In this document: positions 1 through 14,199 of the stretch, one piece after another | Layout: every line of letters begins with the position of its first letter | Position numbering within the stretch: position 1 is the stretch's first letter | Assembly (NCBI GenBank): GCA_964016885.1 | Contig: OZ024740.1 | Coordinates: 107,632,001 to 107,696,000 of the forward strand | Direction of reading: 5' to 3' | DNA from: Eledone cirrhosa | Taxonomy: Eukaryota | Length of the DNA stretch: 64,000 nucleotides | Program-made: the position numbers and the translations under genes | The notes under the pieces: model-generated | Database searches by the model: none | Seen by the model: only the letters and a program-made list of their open reading frames with translations | Told to the model about the DNA's origin: nothing

Positions 1-1459
1 GAAACCACAATAAGCCTGAAGAGCCTCTAGGCTTGTGACAGACTAACTTTTTATAGATATAAACATCAGATTTTAGTAAAGGACTAAAAACTAACAACTA
101 ACTATAGCTATTTAATTATACCAGCTGATATTGATGTCTCCCAGCTTTATTCAAGCCACTCTAGAGCTGAGAGCCCTGAAGGAATTTTCTGAGTGCTGCT
201 TACACTTAAAGAGTGGATATGGGCATTAACCACAATATTCCTGTAAGGATCAGAGACCCAAGTATTATTAGTAACACTCTGAAGAAGTGTATACTATGAG
301 GAAGTCAGAGAGGGAGGGGGCATGTTTTGGATGTATATATTCTCTGAAAAGTGGTTAGCATTAGGAAGGCAAGCAGCTGTAAAAACCATGCCAAAAATGG
401 AATGTATGAACAAAATGTTCTCTGACCCATTTACCCTTGGGCCATGACAACCTGTCCAACCCATGCCAGCATGTAAAAAAAAGGATGCATGATGATGATA
501 ATTCTCTGAAACTGCCCAATATTAGAAACTCAAAAGAACTCCATAGTTGTTCATTGTCAAAGCTGAACCTGACAAAGAAGATGACACAGGATTGAGTTGA
601 CCAGCAATTTGCTGTATTGCAAACAAGTGAGATGAATTGAGAATGCCATTTAAGCCTCCACCTTGCCAATATGCCTTTCCTCAACACTGCGTCACAACTT
701 CTTGTACCTTCTCCCAACATAATCCACACCCCCACCTACACCCCAGCACTTCCTTGATCCACACTTTTTCATTATCTAAACACTCTTTAGTTTCCTCCCT
801 TGCGGACTTGTTTTCCCCCACTAACCCATGCCAGTATGGAAAGTCAAATGCACCCCACAAAGTAGAACCAGATGCTGCTCACTCACTCTCTTCAAGACCA
901 TCTTCATGATCCAATGCTTACTACCCCAATCTCCACTGCCACCATTTACATCCTTGATTTTCCTTCCTTGTCCAACCCATGCTAGCATGAAAAGGTGAGT
1001 GCTCTCCACAATGTATTGCCAAGCGTCACTTATTCTCTGCAAGTTCATCTCCACAATCCAACACTTACTCTCCCTTCAATCTCTCACTGTGGTATGATTC
1101 CCCTCCTCTCTTGGCAAATCTCATAATTTGCCACCTTCTCATCCATCCCCATCAATACCATCCTGGCTTGCCTGAGGACACAATTAGCATCCTAGTTTTG
1201 TAAAGTGGTAGTGCTAGTATCATAATAAAATGTAAAGTGGTAGTGCTGATACAACAATAAAAATCACTCAGCCCATTCTGTAAAGTAGTAGTGTTTGTAC
1301 TATGACAAAATGCACCCAGTACAAGCTGTAGAAAATATGCCAGAATGGAATGTATGAGCAAGATGTAGTCACAACCCTGTCTAACCTCAGAATGTGACAA
1401 CCTGTTTAACATATGCATGCATGGAAAATAGATGTATGATGATGATAATGATGTCTTAC

Positions 1460-1605
1460 CTCTTGCTGCTGAAAAATATCGGTATATTTGCCAAGCCCTA
1501 ATTTACTAAATAACTCAGCCAAATCAGTTTCTGAAGAACAAGCCAATACTTTTGTTGGAAGAGTTGCACTGTCTGCATGATTGCTATTGCTTAGACCAAA
1601 TTCAA
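1460..1605 (-). CDS. BICC1: Bicaudal-C exon, start of SAM domain (gene continues beyond window start)
   Basis: ttcag|TT...GAG|gtaaga; ...DLAELFSKLGLGKYTDIFQQQE, the typical N-terminus of the BicC SAM domain; 146 nt. Confidence 0.96.
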
Positions 1606-1799
1606 CTGAAAAGAACACGAAAAACATTTTATATATATAATATAATTATATTAGGTATAAATTGAAGTTGTAGTTGCCATATAGCAGGTACTAATCGAGT
1701 TGTTTGAGGCAATCACAAAGCAGTCAATAGAGCGATACGTTAATACATTACCATCCAGAGTAAACACAACAGTTAAAAAGTGGGACACCAAATATATAT

Positions 1800-2765
1800 A
1801 CTAGCTGGCCCGTCCGGCTGGCGCCCAGCTACTATTGGTGTGTTCTACGGCATCCATATATATAGATATAGCTGACGCATCTAGCTTCACTTGGATAAAC
1901 AGAAGATAAGCCGTCTGTGTAGTATAGTATTACTGTTGAAAATATATAGTACAGTATGACTGTTGAAAATATATAGTATAGTATTACTGTTGAAAATATA
2001 TAGTATAGTATTACTGTTGAAAATATATAGTACAGTACAGTATTACTGTTGAAAATATATGGTATAGTATTACTGTTGAAAATATATAGTACAGTATTAC
2101 TGTTGAAAATATATAGTATAGTACAGTATTACTGTTGAAAATATTTAGTACAGTATTACTGTTGAAAATATATAGTATAGTATTACTGTTGAAAATATAT
2201 AGTGTAGTATTACTGTTGAAAATATATAGTATAGTATTACTGTTGAAAATATATAGTACAGTATTACTGTTTAAAATATATAGTATAGTATTACTGTTGA
2301 AAATATATAGTATAGTATTACTGTTTAAAATATATAGTATAGTATTACTGTTGAAAATATATAGTACAGTATTACTGTTGAAAATATGTACACGAATACA
2401 TAATTGTATATATATAATTAATTAAAAGTTGGTTAGAAGCGAAGTCAATGCAGACATACAGACAGATATTATAAGTGTGCGACGTTATAGCTACATATCT
2501 ATCTAAAAAGACACACTAAGAAAGAGAGAGGAATGTCATATAAGCGATTGCTAACCAGAAGTGTTGACATTTGAAAATTTTAAAGAAGTGAATAAAATAA
2601 ACAATAAAATATCTTTAATCTTTTAACAAAATTTAGTAGACAGAAAAACCCTCACTTTCTTGGAAAAAATTACATCCATGGTGCAAATTTGGTGCTGTTT
2701 GGTCCAGCCATTTGGCGAAAAGTTTGTTACATACATATGGCCGTCAGCTTTATTAATATAGATAT
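1800..2765 (-). mobile_element. Non-autonomous Helitron-like element(s) carrying a minisatellite
   Basis: Minus strand starts ATCTATATTAATAAAG (~2763) and ends in a GC-rich hairpin followed by CTAG (1801-1804) in an AT context; possibly two tandem units (junction ~1865). Confidence 0.5.
1920..2390. repeat. 27-bp minisatellite (AGTATAGTATTACTGTTGAAAATATAT)n
   Basis: About 17 near-identical tandem units; explains ORF 2135-2425. Confidence 0.95.
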
Positions 2766-3422
2766 ACAGTGGAACCTTGGTTACATGAACACCTCTCATC
2801 ACAAACAATTCTTCTCAACATAAAACATTTCAGGGGATGAATAGTGTCTCGAGTAATGAACATGCAAGCCAACAACAACAGTTGGTGACAAGCTGGGAGT
2901 ATTGGCAGGAAAACATCACTTGTTGTGTAGTTAATGACTATAGTGATATCGGTCTTTCAAACACAGTCTCTCACTCTCTCACTGTATTTCACACTCAAAA
3001 TTTCGTATGGAAAAAATAGTCTTGGTTTATGAACATTTTGCATGATGAACAGCCTTCAGAGGAACCCCATTTTAGCCACTTGTATTTGTGAGTGTATTCT
3101 TTTGGTCATTACCCAAGATTCATGACCAAAGGTACGAATACCAAATTGAAGATAGCAAGTTTGGCTTTTAAATCTACTTCCCTTTTTTTGATTACTGAAT
3201 GCTGAAGCTGGCACATTACTGCACCAGCTCCTGCAATTCTTGCACTTAATTCAGCTTCCTGTCTCACAAACGAAATGATAAAGGAAAGGGACACTGTACA
3301 TGAGAGGAGTCATCTAATCCATTCAAGCATGGAATATCAGTCATTAAAATGATAATGTTGACGATGATGATGAGATTAGCCTACCAACTGCAATAACAAG
3401 ATGGGATGAAATTAAAACTTAC

Positions 3423-3537
3423 ATCTTTTTTTAGGACTGGAATATTCCCACAAAGGCGTCGGCATTTGTGTATTTAAGGCTTTTGTTGAATCCTTCCACG
3501 GATCCCGATTAACTTCTGGAAAGTCTGTCATATTTTG
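3423..3537 (-). CDS. BICC1: Bicaudal-C exon
   Basis: ttttcacag|CAA...T|gtaagt; QNMTDFPEVNRDPWKDSTKALNTQMPTPLWEYSSPKKR; 115 nt, phase 0 to 1, bridges the neighbouring exons. Confidence 0.82.
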
Positions 3538-5073
3538 CTGTGAAAAGACGAAAAGAAAAGATAACAAAATTTCTGTTTAGTTTAATCAAGCAAAGAAACA
3601 GAACAAATTGATTTGAACTAGTTACCATATATACTCGAATAAAATGTAACCCCCCAAAAAATCGATGGTAAAATAGGGAGGGGGGGGGGAGGGTCAGCTA
3701 ATATACACCATCTAAACAATGTGTTGATTAACTGCCTCAGCTTATAAATAGGGTTGGGATTTCTGCTCATTTTTCAGACATAAAATTAGGGAGAGAGGGA
3801 GGATATATTTGAGTATAAATGATAATCCTACAAATGAAATTGTCATTGTAATAAATACCAGCTGTAGAAACCATGCCAAGAAAGCAGAGAATAGGCAGAG
3901 TCATTAGACCGTCAGATAGAATACTTTGACATATTCGTTCAGGCCCTCAGCATTCTATGAGTTCAAATACCACCAAGGTCTACTTTACCTTTCATATTTT
4001 GGGGGACAATAAAAAAAAAGGTACCAGTCCAATATTATGATAGATTCGATTCTTCCTCTTTCTCACTTTCTCTTCATCTCTGGAAGAAATTGGCTATGCT
4101 CAAACCTAAAAAGGCAATGGGCTCTGCCAGATTTAAAGTGTCCAAGACATGCTGTATGAAACTACAGTGCCCCTATGGCTCCATCTGAAATTCCGGGTGC
4201 ATACATACATCATATACAGTTGTAGCTCATCTCATTTCACTATTCTTCATAGTAAAGTAGGTGGTGGTGGTAGGTAGGTGGGTAGTGACCGTTAGCCTTT
4301 TCAGAACTTCCAAGACTAGGTTGAAGAAGGTATCTTCCAAATAAAGACCTGGCCAAAATTCTTGCAACAAAGTGAACTCTGCTTGTCTGGAGAAGAAGGA
4401 AAGGGTGTCTGAGACCTCTGTAAACTCATCTACTTCTAGACTGGTGAAATTGATGTGGTTGATAAAAAAGGGACAGTACTCATGATCTCTGCTAGCTTTC
4501 CCAGTCTAGTGAGATTGAAATGTCTGATATTCAGTAAGAACATTTCTAGGTCAATTTTATTTACAGAAATCCCATCCACTCTAAAAAACATAGGAGAGGA
4601 GTGAATTCTAGACAGTTGAAATGCTAATGAGGGCAAAAGACTGGAAAAGTGTTTCATCAGTGTGTGGGGGTGGTAGTGATGATGGGGATGGGGTTGGGGG
4701 GACAGGGGTGTTATGTTTGTTAAAAGAGCAGAGGCTGTTATAGTAGTGTTATAGGAAGTCAAAAGAGAGGACACCATAAATGTATGGGCTAGGGGTTATT
4801 CTTTTATTTTCATTTTATTCCTTTACTGGTTTCAGTTATTAAACTATGGCCATGCTGGGGCATCACTGTGAATGGTTTTTTGTTGATCACATCGATTCTA
4901 TATGTGAAGATCTCTAGTTATTAGCTATCTACAGCACATTTTAATAGTGTGGTATTCTACGTCCGTTCATTGGTTCAATTATCCCATCATCATCAGCAGT
5001 CTATCCTCAAGGTAGCATCTGTCTCTCCTCTGGTGCGAGCATAGTTTTCTTACAACCATACAACTATATATAT

Positions 5074-6131
5074 ATCATCATCATCGTTTAATGTCCATCT
5101 TCCACGCTTGCATGGGTTTGGACGGAAGTTTTCCCACTTGAGGCAAGATTGGTTGTTTTACTCGCATAGGACTGTCTGGCGGGTTTTCTACGGCTGGATG
5201 CCCTTCCTAACACCAACCACGTTTACAGTGTGGACTGGGAGGTTTTTACCGTGTTACCTACACGGCCACATTACAGCGTGGACTGTGTGTTTTTTGTCGT
5301 GACACCTACACGACCTCATTTGTTTTGGACTGGATGTTGTGGTACCAACATAACTTCACATTTAAGGGGGTGGTGTGGATGGGGTGGGGTTAGTGGGACA
5401 GGGGGGTGTATTTTGTTAGAGGTGCCTACTGATTGTAGGTTTCGCTTTTTACTTAGGCAAGACGGGTCTTCTGTATAACTGTGTAGCGCCAAAGATCTCG
5501 GTCCAATGACATTGTCTTGGAGAGGTGTAAGTGTGTGGGAGGTCGGAATTTATCAAGTCGTCCCAGGTTTTTCTGGGTCTGACCGTCTATATTATCGCCC
5601 TGCACTTTTTAATACAGCTGTCGTCTTTCATGCGCATCACGTGACCGTACCAACGTAGTCTTCTCTCGAGTAAACAACATCTGATCCCTCTTATTCCTAA
5701 TTTCTCCCTTAGTTCGTTTATGCTTTGCCGTTCACATATATTACTATTACACATCCAGCAGAGCATGCAAGCTTCGTTTCTCTCTAGTCTGCATATATCC
5801 TCTGCACACAATGCCCAGGTCTCACTGCCATGTAACATTGCTGTTCGTATGCAGGCATCATACAGCCTGCCTTTCATTTTTAGAGAGAACCCTTTAGCGG
5901 CCAATAGTGGTATAAGCTCTCTGAACTTTTTCCATCCCGTTCTGACTCTAACTACTGTACTTTCAGAGCACCCTCCCCCACTGCTGATTTTGTCACCCAG
6001 GTAACGGAAGCTGTCCACTATTTCTATAGAACCCTCTGTGCAATGGAATGAGCTAGTATTCTGTGGGCACTTGTTGCTACTTATTGCACCAGAACACCGG
6101 CCACATATAAAATCTATATTCTTAGTTAGCT
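5074..6131 (-). mobile_element. 5'-truncated RTE-clade LINE (same family as 31030-33660)
   Basis: ORF 5587-6018 nearly identical to the C-terminus of the 705-aa ORF; same 3' UTR and (GAT)n tail; flanked by (TA)n. Confidence 0.92.
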
Positions 6132-6159
6132 TATATATATATATATATATATATATATC

Positions 6160-9100
6160 TAGGGAGTGTAACTTGGAGTTACTGTAGGTTCACCCGGGTG
6201 AGCACTCGACGTTTAGGTTCACTTCTGAGTGTATTATATTGAAAAGATAACAAGGACGATTGGTTACTCCTTCATTACATTTATTGGTAGGTGACGCGCG
6301 TTTCACCACTGATCAGCTCAAGGTTCGATCTGTATCGATCTTACTCGACTCTATAATCCACAGCTCGACGGACCCCTTAAAATGTTAGTAGAAAATGAAT
6401 ACATCTGGGCTCACATCTACTGTAAAAAAGATCAGGAATAGCCCTGGCATCATCGTACCAGCTGATAAAACAGGAAACATCTACAATTTGGAGTACAAAA
6501 CTTACAACAAATTCATTACAAATGAAATTGCTAAAATATACAAAACATCAACACAGGAAAACCTAGCACACATGAACAAACAGGCGAAAACAATAATGAC
6601 GGAACTGAGCATTGATGACAAGACTCAACCCTACAACCCTAGGACACCGAGGCTATCTATTAAAGACCATAAACCGGACTTTCAGTCAAAACTACAGGTC
6701 AGACTCATAGCCCCCTCTAAATCGGACCTAGGTAGACTTAGAAAATCTATCATTGACCGGATTATACCTGAACTTAGAAATAGAATTAAACTCAGCTTCT
6801 GGTCATGTACAAAGGAGGTAATCGACTGGTTTTGTGGCATTGGAACTAAGTCGAATGTTTGATTAGTCCAATTAGACATTACGAACTACTATGCCACTAT
6901 ATCCCCAATCATCCTTAACAAGGCACAGATCTAGCCTCACTAAAAAGGAAGTGGACATTATACTAGTAGCTAGGAAAACCTTATTAGAATTTGACGGTAG
7001 ATTATGGGAGCGACAGAACAGACCAGATAGCTTCGTCATTACTATGGGATCGACTGACTCCGCGCAGGTTACAGATATAGTAGGCTTATACCTCCTGAAT
7101 ATATTAACAGACGAGATCCCCTCCTTGGGCAGTGGCTTATACCGTGACGATGCCCTACTCATGACTCGTGGACTCAATAATAGCCAATTAGATAGACTAC
7201 ACAAACGACTTAGGTATATCTTTAAGACCCAAGGATTAGCGGTAGAAATTGAACCTAACAGTAGGACAGTAAACTTTTTAGATGTCACTCTGGAATTAGA
7301 CACACGTCTCTACCGTCCATACCACAAACCTAATGAAAATCTTAAATACGTCAACAGACACTCCAACCACCCTAGGAGCATAATTAACTCAATAGTTAAA
7401 AGTGTTTCCTATAGAGTATCCACCCTGTCGGCAAATAGAACTATCTTCAACCAGCACACAGAATACTACAACTCCGCACTTGAAAAGGCTGGTTACATTG
7501 AGAAGATTTTTTTACAATGACCCAACTAGAACCGTAACGCCGCTAAACATAATCAGACCCTTAGAAACTAACATAGACGAGGACACCACACCTAGAACAA
7601 ATAATAACCTAAGACCCTCTTTAGCCGGCAGGGCAGGCAATGTCACACACAACTGCCAAGGAGATAAAGCTATACTCTCCAACCCCAATAAGGACTCTGA
7701 CTATTGCACACGTTTACGTAGTAATAGAGACAAAAGACATAACGCCAATAGATTACTAGGAACCCCTATGACATATGCTCATGACCAAAATGCACCCACA
7801 CTACCACCATCTAACCACAAAAACCTCACCAAACACCGTAAAGCACAAAGTAGACCTGTCACATGGTACAACGCCCCATATTCTATACACGTTGCCACCA
7901 ACATACCGGGAACCTTCTTCAGGGCTCTTGAACAATCTTTTCCACACACACATAAATACCACAGGCTCTTCAATAGACACACTGTAAAATTCTCTTTCTC
8001 CACAGCACCAAATCTAGGCCACACAATAGCACACATTAATAGGACAAAAATACACAAACACATGGTTGCCCCACAACAATCCACTACCACAACCCACAAC
8101 GAAACCACATACACAACACAACACAACAACCCACATGCCAGCTCCACACAGCATACCACCAACCGACAAAGTGCCACCACACCGGTAACACCCAATTGCA
8201 ACTGCAAAAAACGGGCAGAATGCCCACTAAACGGGGAGTGCCTCGTTAAAAACATTGTTTAACGGTGTGATGTCACAGCTGGCAATAAGGAGTACTCATA
8301 CATAGGTGCCACCTCCACTATATTTAAGGAGCGCTGGTATAACATAGGAGCTCCTTTAAACATAGGCTGAAATGATCCCAAACTAGACTGGTCGATTTGA
8401 TCTGGGACCTCAAGGACAGGAACATCGATTTCCAGATCACATGGTCAGTCAAAAGACGTGTGGCCCAACTCCCCAGTGACAGAAACCACTGCAGTTTATG
8501 CCTGTCCGAGGCGGCTGAGATAATTAAATAAAAATCTGCCATAAACTATAGGTCGGACATAATTATCAATTGCAGACACACCAGGTTGAACACCTTTTCT
8601 GCACAAACATTCGGCTGAGGGCCGCACACTAACCATAACCCAACATAATAATAACCACCTGTCTCACCGTCCCTCATCTCAGTGCATTTGTTTTATAACA
8701 TGTAACCCTTTGTAAGTCCAAATTTTGTATATATCATGCCACATACATCACCCCCACCAAAAGACATCGCTATACATCCTTCATATTAGTACCATTGTGT
8801 TCTATCTGTCCTCTCTGTCAGGTTTTACCTTGTAATCGATTGTAGCATCCGATCTTGTAAATATAATGTTGATCATATCACCCCATCGCCACCACCGCAC
8901 ACATTGCTATATGTCTACCATCCCACACCCACAACCTTGCTCCCCCATGTTCCCTGTCTGTTTTAACCTACAACCCTTCGTTAAATTCGATCCCGTAAAT
9001 ATACTGCCACACACACCACCACCGCCACCACTTGATACAACTCCATACTTCAATAATCATTAACATCATTAACATCACCAACACATATCACCCCTCTCTC

Positions 9101-10084
9101 CCGGAACCACTGTGTTATATCTGCCCTCTCTGTCAGCCTTACCTTGTAAACCACCGTAACATCTGATCACGCAAATATATTGTTGAACATATCACCCCAT
9201 CGCCACCACCACTACCACACACATCGCTATATATTCACAACCTTGTTTTCCCCGTGATCCCTATGTCACTTTTTAACCTGTAACCCATCGTATAATTCGA
9301 TCCTGTATATTTTTTGTCACTCACAACACCACCACCGCCACCACAAGGCACATCTCCATAATCCAACTAACATCGCCAACACATACTTTCCCTCCCTAAA
9401 CAACGCAAGTGTGTGTGTCTGTGTGTAAGTATATATATATATATATTTATATGTACAACCCCATCTCCATTGGCTCTCCCCCTCCCTCTATCTATGTACT
9501 ACGCTATCCCCACTGACACTCCCCCTCTCTCTATATACACACACACACATGTGTATATATATATGTGTGCGTATGTGTGTCTATGTCAGTGTGTATATAC
9601 GCATGTGTATGTATACAACGTTTTTGTCAGACTAAGTGTGTCTAGGTATGTATCTCCTCAATGTATTTGACACCACCATAAACACCATTACCATAAACAA
9701 CAACACCACACCCACACCACACACAATAATCAGCCACAATTACACGCCAATCTGTCTACCGACAATCCACCACCCCCACACCACAGCCCATCTCAACCTG
9801 AGACCAGCACCACCACCTTATCATCACATCCACTACAGGTGAAAACATCCCTATGATCTATTCCACCAATCAAAACAAGCCTTATTGACCAACATATGAA
9901 CTTCTGACTTTACCATATAGCATGTATTCATTTTCTACTAGCATTTTAAGGGGTCCATCGAGCTGTGGATTATAGAGTCGAGTAAGATCGATACAGATCG
10001 AACCTTGAGCTGATCAGTGGCGAAACGCGCGTCACCTACCAATAAATGTAATGAAGGAGTAACCAATCGTCCTTGTTATCTTTT

Positions 10085-10090
<6 letters not shown>
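6160..10090 (+). mobile_element. Penelope-like retroelement (RT + GIY-YIG), decayed, with inverted terminal repeat
   Basis: ORF pieces 6395-7520 with PLE RT motifs (PADKTGN, MGS..SA, YRDD, FLDV, YV..SNHP); CNC...CPLNGECLVKNIV then YIG endonuclease region ~8190-8600; 6233-6404 is the reverse complement of 9922-10090; (TA)n on both sides. Confidence 0.9.
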
Positions 10091-10104
<14 letters not shown>

Positions 10105-10124
<20 letters not shown>

Positions 10125-10290
10125 GGCTTCTGTACCGGTTCTATCTACCAAATTCCACACACAAGGCATTGGTCAATACCAAGGCTATAATAGAAGATAC
10201 ATACACAAGGTGCCATGCAGTGGGACTGAACCTAAAACCACATGGTTTCAAAGTGAACGCCTTAACCACATAGATAAGTCTATGCCTATT
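10105..10290 (-). mobile_element. Third tRNA-derived SINE family (related copies ~35925-36150, 37635-37740, 49640-49770)
   Basis: Minus strand TGTGTGGTTAAG...GGTTCAGTCCCACTGCATGGCACCTTG...TTGACCAATGCCTTGTG. Confidence 0.7.
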
Positions 10291-10586
10291 GGTCGTGTTA
10301 ATCATCATTGTTTAACATCCATTTTCCATGCTTGCATAGGTTAAATGTCACTTTATGATCAAGTCAGGTCCAGAAATCACATCTTGCTCATAAGAATCTG
10401 TATTTTGGCTTTGTTTCTATGGCTGGGTTCTTAGCACCAACCATGTTAGTGTGGACTGGGTGCATTTTGTTATGTCATCAGCACAACTTCCTTACAGTGG
10501 GGACTGAGTTAATAAAATAACAAAAGAGGTTCCCTAAAATGGTGAATAGATGAAAGAATAATAAAATAATAAAAGCAGACCCTTAC

Positions 10587-10741
10587 TTGATAGGGAGCTA
10601 TGAGATTATAGTCACCATAGTTTGATGTGCTTTGTCCAAGACGATTCCTAATAACTGATTCTGGCAAAGACTTTGAGAATCCCATGCCAGACCAAGTGTT
10701 TGTTGGAACCCGAGACTCACCAACTGGTTTCTTTTGCATTG
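10587..10741 (-). CDS. BICC1: Bicaudal-C exon
   Basis: acag|CA...CAA|gtaagg; AMQKKPVGESRVPTNTWSGMGFSKSLPES... (conserved R.PT..WSG.GFSKS.P motif); 155 nt. Confidence 0.94.
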
Positions 10742-10786
10742 CTGTTAAAAATATAAAAATAGGGATTAGAACAAATGGACAGACGG

Positions 10787-10837
<51 letters not shown>

Positions 10838-13698
10838 TACAGACAGACAGACATACAGACAGACAGACGACGACGACGACGACGACAACAACAACAACAA
10901 ACATTTTATGGTCATTTTCCCTGTTATATGGTGGCTACAATTTCATAAACATCTATCAAGTAGATCTACTTTTATTAATTTATTAACTTTTTGCCTATTT
11001 ACAAGACAAGCTTCTCTAGTTTGCTTTATCATCTGCACCCCCCCCCTCACTAACAACCAGAGTCATTTCTCCCCCCCCCCCATCATATTTAGCCATGTCT
11101 TTCTTAGTCTTCCTCTTCTTTTACTTTCTTCCACATTTACTTCCATCACTCCTCTCAACCAAGCATTATTGCCTTTCATCCTTACGGGGTCAATAAAATA
11201 AAGTACCAGTAATGTACTGGTTATTGGCTGGCCTTGTGCCAAAAGTAGAAACAATTATTGTCTTTCCTCAACACATGACCCAACCATCTCATTACATTTC
11301 TCTTCACAATATTTATTACTGACTATTCCCACTATCCCTGCAATTCATTGTTTGTCCTCCACTCTCGCAGCAATACTCCACCCAATCACTAAACCATTGA
11401 TTTTACTCCTTTATTTCTAAAATATGGCATGCAATGGAGGAGTGAGTTTGATATTTAATAGTACAGTGACAACTCCAAACGTGTTTCAGTCTTATTAGAT
11501 CTCAGCAATAGAATCTAACTATGACTGCTAGGTCTTAGAATGACTAGAGAGATGTGTAGAATTTGTGAATAAATGCAGAATGACATTATAAATTAATAGC
11601 TATGTATCTTAACTTTATTTTAGCATTGCTCTGTGCTATGAGTACTACTTCTATCATTATTCATCTGAATCTACTACCAATTGCAACACTAATAACACAC
11701 TTAAAAAATTAGGTTGGAACAGCAGGTAGCATGGTTGTACCATTCCAAAGGATTAGTTGTTATTCTTTCCACATTTTCCTAGTTGATGTCTATCTCCAAC
11801 AGGTCCTCTTGGAATGTTCTGCACCAGGTCTTTTTAATACAACCCAAATCTCAAATAAAAGCTCAAATGAAGGTTGCCTGTTTGTCTATTTGAATGACTT
11901 TACTAAAGAAAAAAAATTAACTTCTCAAACTGTTTCCTAGAATGTGCAGTACCATTTAAATGAAAAGGATTACTATGAAGAAAGAAAACAATTCTTTGAA
12001 GTTAAATTACCTCCCTTGGCATTTTATATATCATTGGAGCTTTTTATTTTAAGGAAAGGGCTACAAGGGCAGATAACTTCAGATTGTGTTGTGTCTTAAT
12101 TTATTAGGAGTTAACATCTTACTGTAAGGCTTTCACATCAGATATATATACATCTTTGGTAATAAAAAAAAAAAAAAAAAGAGTATTCAATGCATGATGT
12201 GTAGAATTTATATTTATTAGAAGACAGCTGAGGATTCACTTTGTTGCTACACAGTGATGCATGGTTGACCAGACAATATTGTCATTAATTGTTTCTACTT
12301 TTGGCACAAGGCCAGCATCACATATCCTCAATTAAGTCGCTCACCCGCCACTATTTGGGGTCAAAAATGTCTGTGTCTATATATGTGAGAGAGGTGGGGG
12401 AGAAAGAGAGAGACGTGTGTGTTATATTTGAATTCCAAAGACTATTTTTTTTTTATTAACCTTTTCGCTATGAAACTTTTAATGAATTGCACAAATAATT
12501 TTGAAAATAATCAAGAATTTAATCATTTCTTGCACCACACCTGAATGTTGGAGTTTTCATCCTCCATCCAAATCTATAGTACCAGAGTCACAGAACTTTG
12601 TTGAGGAAACCCAGACTAGATCTAGCGAGTAGCATCTGGCCTCCACTACTAGTTCCTGCTCCTTACCTGTAAAGGTTGTAATATTCTAATTACCAATGTT
12701 AAGATTTGCTCCCTTCTTTGCGGCATGCACAATCTTTGAGTGTTCATCCTACACCAACCAGGACAGGTCACAGGCCCATCACTAGATAGAGTGTGTAGCT
12801 TGTAGCTCAGGGAGTTGTTCCAAGAAGTGCTGTTATTTACCCGTAATGAGAGATCACAGCTCCGATATTATGGATGTGTGGTCAGAATGTCTAAGGAAAG
12901 AATTACTGGACTGATTTTATGGCCAAAAACCAAGTGGCAGGAGACCCAAGGGTAGATCCCTAGCAAGATGGTTCGATAACATCTATGAGCTCAGCTGGTT
13001 TTGCTTGGGGATCCTGCAAGATCAATTCGAGACAGTTGCTTCTGACAGGACCACTGGAAGGTGGGCTTGAAAACTCTGCCCCCCTTCCTCCCATACACAT
13101 ATACCAGGAATAAGCGGGCAAAGATGAAGAAGAAAAGAAGATCAAGAATTTAGAGGGATTTAGTTGTATAACTAACTTTCTCATTATTAATTTAGTTTTT
13201 GGAACATAACTTAAGAAAGGTTCTTACATAAAATTATGTTGGAAGATTATTATATAAATATAAACACTTTAAAACAAACAGCTTTGTATCATAGAACCAG
13301 GGGCAGTTTGGGGTGGTTTGGTATAAAAAAGGTTAACCCTTTTTATGGGATTGTTTTAACCCTTTCATTATCTTTGTAAACTGATGTTTGGAAGGTTACT
13401 TAACAACAATTTCTTAAATTATGATGGAAGGTTTTAATATAAGTATGAACATTTTTAGGTCATAAAAATGAACATTTTTCGATCATAAAAATGGACAGTT
13501 TCACATCATAAAAATGGACAGTTTCACATCATAAAAATGGACAGTTTCAGATCATAAAAATGGACAGTTTCAGATCATAAAAATGGACAGTTTTGAATAA
13601 TAAAACCATGGATAGAGTCTGTAATAAAAATGGTAAATGGAGTTAGGTAAATGGTAATGGAGTTAAGTAAATGAAGTAATAGCTTAATTGTTGTTTAC

Positions 13699-13871
13699 CT
13701 TTAGTAGCTAATAACTTCCTATGTTCATAATCAACATCAGTAGTTTGTTGAAGACTAGAGTTGTTTGGGAAGAAACCATTTCCACTGGTGGCACATTTCT
13801 TCCGTTCACTCCCTGGAGCCCATTTATCAGATCCTTCAGAGTCGTTGCCAGATTCAGACGATCGTTCACTG
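13699..13871 (-). CDS. BICC1: Bicaudal-C exon
   Basis: ctag|C...AAG|gtaaac; SERSSESGNDSEGSDKWAPGSER...DYEHRKLLATK (BicC motifs APGSER and DYE..KLLATKAM); 173 nt. Confidence 0.92.
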
Positions 13872-13965
13872 CTAGAATTAAACATATTTAAATACTTCTC
13901 ATATGAAGAATTTTTCAATAATAAACGCAATAATTGGGATTTTTGAGAGGAAAGAGTTGAAAGAA

Positions 13966-14009
<44 letters not shown>

Positions 14010-14199
14010 ATACAGTGAACAAATTAAAACGTTAAGGGTTTCTTTACTAAGCATATCTTATAGAGAAAATAAGGTTTCAAGCATTTTTTTATGTGTGTAA
14101 AAAATTGAGTTTTGGTTTGAATCTTATGAAAAGTCTTTCCTTACTAATCTGTTTTTCCTGGGTAATATTTTCATTATACTGGTAGAATGGGAAGACATC

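Noticed and set aside
361-1420. Short ORFs at the window start as the next SAM exon
   Set aside because: No IDL.TFLTL-like SAM continuation found; the region consists of decayed repeat tails
2135-2425. Repetitive 96-aa ORF (also 22326-22822 and the YIYI ORFs)
   Set aside because: By-products of mini- and microsatellites
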